A stretch of DNA of 64,000 nucleotides, taken from NCBI GenBank assembly GCA_050633305.1, contig JBOEGF010000022.1:64001-128000 (forward strand), in the 5' to 3' direction. Position numbers and translations under genes: made by a program. The stretch is from Nannocystales bacterium (GTDB taxonomy: Bacteria; Myxococcota_A; Polyangia; Nannocystales; Nannocystaceae). The notes under the pieces were generated by a model. That model saw nothing but the letters and a program-made list of their open reading frames with translations. It was not told where the DNA came from and made no database searches. Shown here in pieces: positions 56,140-64,000 of the stretch. Numbering within the stretch: the first letter of the stretch is position 1; each line of letters starts with the position of its first letter.

Positions 56140-57314
56140 GAGGTGGGCCCTCCCACGGGCAGGGAGAGTTCGATCGAGAACGACGTGTCGGAACCGGACG
56201 CGGTGGCCGTGCCTCCGTGAAGCTTTACGACGCGGTCGACGATGGCCAGCCCGAGCCCTGTGCCGTCGCCCGAGCTCGTCAGTCGGCGGAACGGGACGAA
56301 GACGCTCTGGTCCACCTCGACCCGCGCGGCGATGCTGTTGCTGACGCGGATGTTCGCCCGTCTACCTTGACCCTGAATATCCACGGTGACGTCTCCCGCT
56401 CCGTACTGTGCAGCGTTGCGGAACAGGTTCACGAACGTGGAGCGTATCAAGTCGGGGTCGCACCAGAGCTCGGCGTCGCCGCGAAGCTCGAGGGCGTAGT
56501 CCGGGGAGACCTGGGTACGTGCAGCCTCGACCAACACCGAGAGCTTGTGGGGCTCGGACACCGAGAGTTGGAGCCGAGAGAGCCGTCGGTATCCCGAGAC
56601 CACGCCTTCGAGCTCTCCGGCGGTCTTGCGGATGAGACTCAGCTCGCTGGAGTCGTCGTTCTCGTCGGCGTCCTCGAGGGCGAGCTCGGCGAGGTTGACG
56701 ATGGTCTTGAGCGGGGCGCGAAGGTCGTGCGAGGCGAGATGAGCGAACTGCTCCAGGCTCTCGTTGGCAAGGCGGAGCTCTGCGGTGGTGGTCTCGAGAG
56801 CCTCCCGGGTTCGCTGGAGATCGACGACGTGTTTGCGAAGGTGCAATTCGTCCACGACGATCTGCGCAAGGTCGACCAACGCGCTTCGCTCGTGCTCGGA
56901 CAGGCTCCGCGACTCGGTATCGATCGCGCACAGCGTTCCGATACGGACGCCGTCGGAGAGCGACAGAGGGGCGCCTGCGTAGAAGCGCACATGGGGTGCC
57001 CCGGTGACGAGCGGGTTCGTGGCAAAACGTGGGTCTTCGTGGGCGTCGGGGATGACGAAGACCTTGGTGTCGAGGATCGCATGCGCACAGAAGGCGACGT
57101 CACGAGGAGTTTGCGGTGCGTCGAGCCCGACCGCTGACTTGAACCACTGCCGCGCCTCGTCGACGAGCGAGATCAGGACGATCGGTGTTCCTATGATCTG
57201 CGCCGCAAGCCGAGTGATGCGATCGAAACGCTCTTCGGGCGGCGTGTCGAGGATCGCGAGCGCCCGCAGGCTCTGGAGGCGTTCTTGCTCGTTGGGGGGC
57301 AGCGGAGCGATCAT
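56136..57314 (-). CDS. Cytoplasmic GAF-domain sensor histidine kinase
   Basis: ILDTPPEERFDRITRLA..RFYAGAPL (GAF); SHDLRAPL H-box; N-box; GTGLGLAIV. Confidence 0.92.
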   Translation of the reverse strand: MIAPLPPNEQERLQSLRALAILDTPPEERFDRITRLAAQIIGTPIVLISLVDEARQWFKSAVGLDAPQTPRDVAFCAHAILDTKVFVIPDAHEDPRFATNPLVTGAPHVRFYAGAPLSLSDGVRIGTLCAIDTESRSLSEHERSALVDLAQIVVDELHLRKHVVDLQRTREALETTTAELRLANESLEQFAHLASHDLRAPLKTIVNLAELALEDADENDDSSELSLIRKTAGELEGVVSGYRRLSRLQLSVSEPHKLSVLVEAARTQVSPDYALELRGDAELWCDPDLIRSTFVNLFRNAAQYGAGDVTVDIQGQGRRANIRVSNSIAARVEVDQSVFVPFRRLTSSGDGTGLGLAIVDRVVKLHGGTATASGSDTSFSIELSLPVGGPTS

Positions 57315-57444
57315 CGGGGCGGGTCCTAGCAGCCGCGCAGACAGGTGCCTCTATCAACCAAGTATAGAACACCGGCCGCGCCGTGACATGCTCAATGCGG
57401 GACGCTTGGCCTTTGTGACTCCGTGGTGCAGCTGAAGCGCGCTG

Positions 57445-59469
57445 CTACTCGCCGTCTTCGAGCGCCTCTTCCATGATCTGCCAGCGCTCGAAAACCCGCG
57501 GGCTCCGGTCGAGTTCGACCAGGAACTTGCTCGGCCGCATCATTCGCGAGGGCCCATCGCGGGCGTCTTCGATCGTCGGGTAGAGCATGTATAGCTCCGA
57601 CATCGCCCGGGTTGCGGCGACGTAGAACAGCCGTCGCTCCTCCTCGGTTTCGACCGGAGAGCGCAGCGCGACCGCGGACGGAAAACGCCCGTCGGCCATC
57701 CAGATCATGAAGCAGATCGGCCATTCCAGCCCCTTGGCCTGATGCACCGTGGTGAGGATGAGTTTGTCGTCGGGCTCCTCCCCCGAGACGATGTTCTCGG
57801 CTGAGATGCCCTGGACGAGCGCGAGTTCGCTGAGAAAGGCCTCGGGGCCGCCGAAGCGGTCGGCGTATTCGGCGAGGTGCTCGAGGTCCTCTTTGCGAGC
57901 GTCGGCGTTGGTGAACGAGCGTTCCGCAAACTCGCGGTAGTGCTCTTCGACGACCTGTTTGATCGCGGCGCCGGGGCTGCGCTGCTCGGGTTCGTGCAAC
58001 GTGTTCCAGAGCGCGGCGAGCCGGGCGAGGGCCTGCTTGGCTTGGCCGCGCGCAGTCTGAGCATGTGAGAGCAAGATGTCGGCGGGGGCTTGCCGCTGGG
58101 TGTCGGGGTCGTGACCTGCGAGCTTGAGCGAGAGGGCCTCGGCGGTTTGAACTCCGACGCCGGGCCACTGCCGGAGCAGCCGTAGCCAGGCCAGCTCGTC
58201 TCGCGGGTTTTCCCGGGCGCGCAAGTACGCGACGACATCTTTGATGTGCGCCTGCTCGAAGAACTTCACCCCCGAGCGGATGCTGTAGGGGATCTGACGG
58301 CGGGTGAGCTCGACCTGCAGCTCGAGGCTGTGGGCGTGGTTGCGGTAGAGCACCGCCATCTTGCGGAGCGGAAGGTTCTGTTCGTGGTGGATCTCCAGGA
58401 CCCGTTGCGCGACGAACTCGGCCTGCTGGTAGACGTCGCGCAGGGGGATGAGCGCCGGCACCATGCCGTTGTTGTTGACCGCGTTCAGCTCCTTGAAATG
58501 CTGGCGGCGGTTGAAACCGATGCTGCGGTTGGCGAGGTCGAGGATCTCGGGGGTGCTTCGATAGTTGGTGGTGAGCTTGAGGATCTGGCCTGTGGGGTGT
58601 CGGCGCTCGAACGCTGCGATCTGCTCGAAGTCGGCCCCGCGGAACCCGTAGATCGACTGGGCGTCGTCGCCCACCGCCGTGAGGCTGCCGCACCGCGACG
58701 CCATCTGGTCACACAGGTAACCCTGCAGCGCTGTGACGTCTTGGTACTCGTCGACCAAGACGTGGTCGTAGGCGCCGAGGAGTTCGTCGGCGACCTCGCT
58801 GCACGCCGGGTCGACCAACAAACGACGCCACAGCGTGATGAGGTCATTGAAGTCGACGATGTTGTTGGCCCGCTTGCGCTCCGCGTATCGCCGCGCGGTG
58901 TCTTCGATGGCGGGCAGCTGCGGAACCAGCTTGGGCGCTCGCTCGGCGATGACCTCGGCCAAGGGCGTGAGCGTGGAGCCGGACAGGCCGATCATCGAGG
59001 CCAGCACTTTCGGCTGCGGAAAGCGGCGGGCGCTGAGCTTCTCGAGACCCTGCTCGGCGATCACGCTGCTCAGCAAGCTGCGCGCGTCCTCGGGGTCGAG
59101 AATGCCGAAGTCCAAGCCCAGGCCCACGTGTTCGCCATAGCGGCGCAACAGCTTGTGCCCGATGTGGTGGAAGGTGCCGGCGCTGGCCAGCGTCATGTCG
59201 ATGCCGACGGTGGCCTCGACCCGCGAGACCATTTCCTTGGCCGCACGGTTGGTGAACGTGCACAGCAGGATCCGGTCCGGGGGACAGCCCTCCTGCACCA
59301 GACGGGCGACGCGATAGATGAGGGTGCGTGTCTTGCCCGAGCCGGCCCCGGCGATGACGAGCAGGGGCTGCGCAGGGGCTTCGACCACGGCCTGCTGTTG
59401 CGGATTGAGATCACGCGTGGGGTCGAAGCGCGGGCGGCTGGGCTTCGACGTCTTGAGGACGTACTTCAC
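57445..59469 (-). CDS. UvrD/PcrA/Rep family ATP-dependent DNA helicase
   Basis: AGAGSGKT, TFTNRAA, VDEYQD, VGDDAQSIYGFRGA, NYRS, TVHQAKGLEW, EERRLFYVAATRA. Confidence 0.95.
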   Translation of the reverse strand: MKYVLKTSKPSRPRFDPTRDLNPQQQAVVEAPAQPLLVIAGAGSGKTRTLIYRVARLVQEGCPPDRILLCTFTNRAAKEMVSRVEATVGIDMTLASAGTFHHIGHKLLRRYGEHVGLGLDFGILDPEDARSLLSSVIAEQGLEKLSARRFPQPKVLASMIGLSGSTLTPLAEVIAERAPKLVPQLPAIEDTARRYAERKRANNIVDFNDLITLWRRLLVDPACSEVADELLGAYDHVLVDEYQDVTALQGYLCDQMASRCGSLTAVGDDAQSIYGFRGADFEQIAAFERRHPTGQILKLTTNYRSTPEILDLANRSIGFNRRQHFKELNAVNNNGMVPALIPLRDVYQQAEFVAQRVLEIHHEQNLPLRKMAVLYRNHAHSLELQVELTRRQIPYSIRSGVKFFEQAHIKDVVAYLRARENPRDELAWLRLLRQWPGVGVQTAEALSLKLAGHDPDTQRQAPADILLSHAQTARGQAKQALARLAALWNTLHEPEQRSPGAAIKQVVEEHYREFAERSFTNADARKEDLEHLAEYADRFGGPEAFLSELALVQGISAENIVSGEEPDDKLILTTVHQAKGLEWPICFMIWMADGRFPSAVALRSPVETEEERRLFYVAATRAMSELYMLYPTIEDARDGPSRMMRPSKFLVELDRSPRVFERWQIMEEALEDGE

Positions 59470-59716
59470 GGGCCCGGGCAGCTTGGCGCGGGGTCGCCGG
59501 CTGGGTCAACCGGTACCTCGCACGCGCTCCTTCCCTGCACGCGGTCCTGTTCCGAAGCGGTGCGACCCGACCCAGACTCGACGGCCCCGCGCTCGGTCGC
59601 GCATCGGTGGCGGGCGTGACTCCGGCCGTGACACGGCGCGCGCGCCGTGGTGTTCCCTCGCGGTTTTCGTGTCCAAGTCCTGTAAGAGGTCGTCGGGGAC
59701 CGGCGTTCAGACTTCG

Positions 59717-61831
59717 ATGCTGGGCAGACGTGGCTCGTGGTGGGTGCTTGGTTGCGCCTTGTTGTGGATCTTCGGAACTCCCGTGCGCCCTGCGTTCGCC
59801 GCGGGGCCGGAGGATCCGGTGCAGGCCCGGCCGGTTGCCTTCACCCATCCCGGAGACCTGCCGCAGCTCCGCCTCGTCGATGGCGCTGAGGCCCTGCCGC
59901 TGAAACACACGGACGTCCGAGCCACGGTTACGGGCCTCGTGGCGGAGGTCGAAGTCGAGCAGACGTATCGCAATACTCGGCCCGAGCCGATCGAAGCGAT
60001 CTACACCTTTCCGCTCCCTGAAAACTCCGGGGTTCGGGACATGGAGATCGTCATCGGGGAGCGTACGATCAAGTCCGAGATCAAGACGCGGGCCGATGCT
60101 CGCCGGACCTACGAGCGGGCCCGTGCCCGTGGCAACACGGCCGCGCTGCTCGAGCAGGAGCGAGCCAACATCTTCACCCAGTCGGTGGCGAACATCGCAC
60201 CGAACGAGGACATCCGGGTGCTCGTGCGGTACGTGCAGGACATCTCGTACGACGCAGGCCAGTACGAGTTTGTGTTCCCGATGGTCGTGGGCCCACGCTA
60301 CACCGCTGGGTCGACCGATGCTCAGCGGATTACGCCGTCGGTCGCGGGCGAGGGGATGCGGACCGGTCATGACATCAGTGTCGAGGTGTCGGTCGATGCG
60401 GGTATGCCCGTTCGGGACATCGAGGTCCCGACCCACGAAACGCAGACGCGCCGGGACGCGGGGCGGACCACGGTCACACTCGCGGAACGCAAGTCGATCC
60501 CCAACCGCGACTTCGTGTTGCGCTACCGTGCGGACGGACCCGAACTACAATCGACGTTGTTCATTGCCGAGCATGGGGAGGAACGCTACTTCACGCTGCT
60601 GGTTCAGCCGCCGACCGCGGATGTCGACGCGTTGGTCGGGCGCCGAGAGTTGATCTTCGTCGTCGACACTTCGGGCTCCATGTTGGGAATCCCGTTGGCA
60701 TCGTGCAAGTCCGCCATGCGTCGGTCGCTGCGGTTGCTGCGCCCCCAGGACACCTTCAATGTGATCACGTTCGCGGGCGGGACCGGGCAAGCGTTCGACC
60801 GTCCGGTGCCCGCCAATGCAGAGAACACGGCCTTCGCGGAGGCGTTCGTGGGTGGGTTGGTCGCAGGCGGGGGGACGGAGATCCTCAACGCAGTGGATGC
60901 GGCGCTGCAACCCGCGGTTGGACAAGGGCGCCATCGTTACGTGTTCTTCCTGACCGATGGCCACGTGAGTATCGAGGACGACGTCTACGCGCGGACGCGG
61001 ACGTGGGTGAGCGCGTTGGCGGAGTCCGGACAGCAGGCGCGGGTGTTCGCGTTGGGCACGGGGAGTAGCCCCAACCGAGAGCTCCTCGACAAGCTGACCA
61101 ATGCGGGGCAGGGGGCGGTGGTCTATGCCTCAAACCGCGAGGATCCGGCTCGGGCGGTGGACACGTTCCATCGCTACATCGACCACGCGGTGTTCACCGC
61201 GCCGACGATGAAGTGGGGCGGAGCAGAGGTCAGCGACACGCACCCGAGCGTGCTTCCCGACCTATACGTGAGTCGTCCAAGCACCGTTCACGGCCGTCTT
61301 CGCGGGCGGCTGCCCGCGTCCCTCGAACTCACCGGCACCCGGGCGGGTCGCAGCGTGACTCTCCCCGTCAAGGTTCAACGGTTGGGCCCCGCTGCGAGCG
61401 CGGTGCAAGCTCAGTTGTGGGCGCGGGCCGAGATCGAGGAGCTACAACTCACCGCTGTGTGGGAACGCGGCTCTCGGGAGGAGCAGATCACGCGTTTGGG
61501 TCTCGAGCACCGCCTGGCAACCCAGTACACGAGCTTCGTCGCCGTCGACACCTCCCGTGTGGTTGGACACGGACAACCGGATCGAGTCCGACAGCCGGTG
61601 GATGCGCCGGAGGGCACCGAGATGTCGCTTGCGGGTGGCTCGCAGTACGGTGATGAGGAGGAGCCGTCGCGGACGTTTTCGGTGGGTGCTCCTCGGGAAC
61701 TCGAGCTCGAGCGGAGCGGAGCTGGATGTGCGCACTGCAACGTGTCCGGTCCCGGGGGAGCCGGGAGCGGGCTCTGGCTCGGGTTGCTGTTGCTCGGTCT
61801 GAGGCGACGATGCGGGCCCTCCGAGCCTTGA
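59717..61831 (+). CDS. VIT + vWA domain protein with MYXO-CTERM-like tail
   Basis: AFA signal; IEAIYTFPLP (VIT); FVVDTSGSM, FLTDG; C-terminus GCAHC..LWLGLLLLGLRRR. Confidence 0.9.
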   Translation: MLGRRGSWWVLGCALLWIFGTPVRPAFAAGPEDPVQARPVAFTHPGDLPQLRLVDGAEALPLKHTDVRATVTGLVAEVEVEQTYRNTRPEPIEAIYTFPLPENSGVRDMEIVIGERTIKSEIKTRADARRTYERARARGNTAALLEQERANIFTQSVANIAPNEDIRVLVRYVQDISYDAGQYEFVFPMVVGPRYTAGSTDAQRITPSVAGEGMRTGHDISVEVSVDAGMPVRDIEVPTHETQTRRDAGRTTVTLAERKSIPNRDFVLRYRADGPELQSTLFIAEHGEERYFTLLVQPPTADVDALVGRRELIFVVDTSGSMLGIPLASCKSAMRRSLRLLRPQDTFNVITFAGGTGQAFDRPVPANAENTAFAEAFVGGLVAGGGTEILNAVDAALQPAVGQGRHRYVFFLTDGHVSIEDDVYARTRTWVSALAESGQQARVFALGTGSSPNRELLDKLTNAGQGAVVYASNREDPARAVDTFHRYIDHAVFTAPTMKWGGAEVSDTHPSVLPDLYVSRPSTVHGRLRGRLPASLELTGTRAGRSVTLPVKVQRLGPAASAVQAQLWARAEIEELQLTAVWERGSREEQITRLGLEHRLATQYTSFVAVDTSRVVGHGQPDRVRQPVDAPEGTEMSLAGGSQYGDEEEPSRTFSVGAPRELELERSGAGCAHCNVSGPGGAGSGLWLGLLLLGLRRRCGPSEP

Positions 61832-61880
61832 ATCTCCACCACGGGAATACCTCTTCGCTCCTCGCGGTCCTCGGCCGCGG

Positions 61881-62183
61881 ATGGGCAAATGGCTGGGAAT
61901 CGTGGTTGTTCTGGGTGTTTCTACGGCGGCCGCATGGTGGTTCACGGGACCGGGGTCGCAGGCCGGTCAGGCGTGCGCCAAACTCGAGACCCTGTGCGGC
62001 GAGGCTTCGGTGCCTGCCGGGGCGTGCCGGGAGGACCTCGCCGATGCGCCCCAAGCCGAGCTCGACGCCCTGGATACTTGTATCCAGCCCGCGAACTCGT
62101 GCCTTGAAGTCTCGGGTTGCCTGGCTGGGTCGGCGGCGAGAGAGCTTGCCGTCGGTGCGCTGCGAGGCGTATTCGGGCGCTGA
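61881..62183 (+). CDS. Small membrane-anchored Cys-containing protein
   Basis: N-terminal TM and 6 Cys in a helical pattern. Confidence 0.5.
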   Translation: MGKWLGIVVVLGVSTAAAWWFTGPGSQAGQACAKLETLCGEASVPAGACREDLADAPQAELDALDTCIQPANSCLEVSGCLAGSAARELAVGALRGVFGR

Positions 62184-62284
62184 GCCGGCGCCGTTGCGGC
62201 CCGGGGGCTTCGCGAGTGCGCCCGCTGTTCCGTGAAATCTCGATGACGCCAACGGCGTGCTCCGTTGCGGTAGCGTTGGGGTGG

Positions 62285-63712
62285 ATGAACCGACTTAGTT
62301 ATTCATTGATCATGGGAGCGGCCCTCATCGCCGGCTTCGTTGCACCGCAGGCGCAGGCCGCAGACGTTCTGGTGATCTCCAACCAGTACGCGCAGAATGC
62401 CGCGGACGACTTCGCGGCGAACACTTCTCACACCTTCACCGCGTGGGACGCATCGATCACGCCCACGCAGAAGGACCTCGACCCGTACGACGTCCTCCTC
62501 GTGTTTGAGGACGGGAACTTCGGCAACGTGACCAACGTCGGGGAGGCGCTCGCGACATTCGCAGCAGGCGGCGGCGACGTGGTTCTGGGCACGTTCTACT
62601 GGCAGGGCCGGAGTGACGGCGGGGGTGCAGGTTGGGGCACGTTCGAGAACATCGATCCGTTTACCAGCGCCGCAGGGGCTTGCGAGTACAGCCCCGACGA
62701 TCTCGATCCCGCGAGCGTGGTCGTGCACGACATGACAGCGGGGGTGTCTTCGCTCATGGCGACGGACTATCGCGGGGGCCTCACCGCCAAGGACGACACG
62801 GTTGTCCTCGCGACGTGGGCCGGCCTCAACGACAACGACGAGCCGGACCCTGTCGTGGGGTATCGCATCGAAGGAGAGTCGTGCATCGCGGGGGTGGGCA
62901 TCGCGCCGCACTACGCGGCGATCGGCACGATTGATGTCGACTTCGGCGGGGACTTCTACGCGCTGTGGGACAACGTGTTGGAGAGCGCAGACAATGACTG
63001 TGCCTTCTGTGGGAGTGGGGTGGTCGAGCCCGGAGAGGAGTGCGATGACCTGGTCGAGAGCGAGGCGTGCGATCTCGACTGCACATTTCCCGTGTGCGGG
63101 GATGGAGTGTTTAACGCGACCGCGGGAGAGGCCTGCGACGACGGCGCAGAGTCTGAGGCGTGCAATGCCGACTGCTCCCTTTCCGTATGCGGAGACGGCA
63201 TTCTCAACGAGACGGCCGGCGAGGCGTGCGATGACGGTGGTCTCGAACCCGGAGACGGTTGTGACGCGACCTGCCTCGTCGAGGACGAGGGGACGTCGAC
63301 CGGACCCGATACGGATGGCGGGTCGGATACCGACGCAGACACCGACGCGGGTTCGGACACGGACGGAAGTTCGGACACGGACGGGGGCTCGGACACGGAC
63401 GGAGGTTCGGATACCGACGGTGGGTCCGATAGCGACTCGGACTCGGACTCGGATTCGGACTCGGACTCGGACTCGGACAGCGAGACAGCATCCGGTAGCG
63501 ATAGCGACAGCGACAGCGGCCTGACCGCAACCGCTTCGGACTCCGACGCTTCCGGGGGCGACGACGGTTCTGGTGGAGCCGACACCGATGGCGACTCCGG
63601 CGGGGGCGGGGCAGACGACGGGGGCGGTTGCTCCACGGGCTCGGGCGCTCCTGGGTTCGGCTGGCTGGCGCTGTTCGGCCTGGTCGGCTTGCGGCGTCGT
63701 CGGCAGGGCTGA
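62285..63712 (+). CDS. Surface protein with Myxococcus cysteine-rich repeats, Ser-Asp repeat stalk and MYXO-CTERM-like tail
   Basis: AQA signal; three CG.G....GE.CDD repeats; GGSDTD and SD repeats; GGCST..WLALFGLVGLRRRR. Confidence 0.85.
   Translation: MNRLSYSLIMGAALIAGFVAPQAQAADVLVISNQYAQNAADDFAANTSHTFTAWDASITPTQKDLDPYDVLLVFEDGNFGNVTNVGEALATFAAGGGDVVLGTFYWQGRSDGGGAGWGTFENIDPFTSAAGACEYSPDDLDPASVVVHDMTAGVSSLMATDYRGGLTAKDDTVVLATWAGLNDNDEPDPVVGYRIEGESCIAGVGIAPHYAAIGTIDVDFGGDFYALWDNVLESADNDCAFCGSGVVEPGEECDDLVESEACDLDCTFPVCGDGVFNATAGEACDDGAESEACNADCSLSVCGDGILNETAGEACDDGGLEPGDGCDATCLVEDEGTSTGPDTDGGSDTDADTDAGSDTDGSSDTDGGSDTDGGSDTDGGSDSDSDSDSDSDSDSDSDSETASGSDSDSDSGLTATASDSDASGGDDGSGGADTDGDSGGGGADDGGGCSTGSGAPGFGWLALFGLVGLRRRRQG
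63316..63517 (+). repeat. Coding tandem repeats: ~18-nt (GGSDTD) units followed by GACTCG hexamers (SD dipeptide)
   Basis: Directly visible; GACTCG run at about 63434-63478. Confidence 0.9.
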
Positions 63713-64000
63713 GGCACTGCCGCCCCGACCGCTCGCACGAAGCCTGCGGTTGCGGTCGGACTCTTACGTTGCCCCGGGTCCGCGACCCGGGGGATGTCGA
63801 GACCCTGGAGTTCGAGGTCCCTCCCGCAGGAATCCCGTCGCTTGGCATACACGCTCGGCGGCATCGGGGCGCGTGTTGGTGGCGCAGCATTTGATCGTCG
63901 GTGGCGCGGTGCTTGCGGCCAGACGTTGCCCGGCGATCACCCACGGCGCGGACCTGAGGTGCTATCGCGGGCGGACCTACGGCGCGGCCGCGCTGATCAG

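Noticed and set aside
57445..59469. UvrD helicase as part of an anti-phage system
   Set aside because: Canonical housekeeping-type motifs and no adjacent nuclease or ATPase defence genes.
63316..63517. Possible CRISPR-like repeat array
   Set aside because: No unique spacers; in-frame coding microsatellite; no cas genes.

Overview
High-GC, gene-dense bacterial chromosome segment with a strong myxobacterial signature (Myxococcota, probably Nannocystaceae-like; inferred from MYXO-CTERM-like tails, Cys-rich lipoproteins, many Hanks-type Ser/Thr kinases and ECF sigma factors). Contents in order: a partial SulP permease divergent from a three-gene molybdopterin oxidoreductase operon (4Fe-4S/NrfD fusion, Tat-less catalytic subunit, TorD-like chaperone); a Tat-signal TldD with PmbA; YihY; kinase and secreted-protein genes; mtnP plus a PfkB kinase; four ECF sigma factors, one heading a putative glycan-lyase locus; an M1 peptidase; tsaE; a standalone 64-aa prokaryotic histone-fold gene (the top finding) flanked by a phased A/T-tract upstream region and a multi-hairpin downstream region; a GST-cupin-TetR operon with a palindromic operator; tandem Cys-rich lipoproteins; a kinase pseudogene; a GAF histidine kinase/response regulator pair; a UvrD/PcrA helicase; and VIT-vWA and Ser-Asp-repeat surface proteins. 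I recognised no rRNA, tRNA, CRISPR array or intact transposase/integrase. All family calls come from motif recognition by eye, not database searches, and many start codons were re-picked and are approximate.
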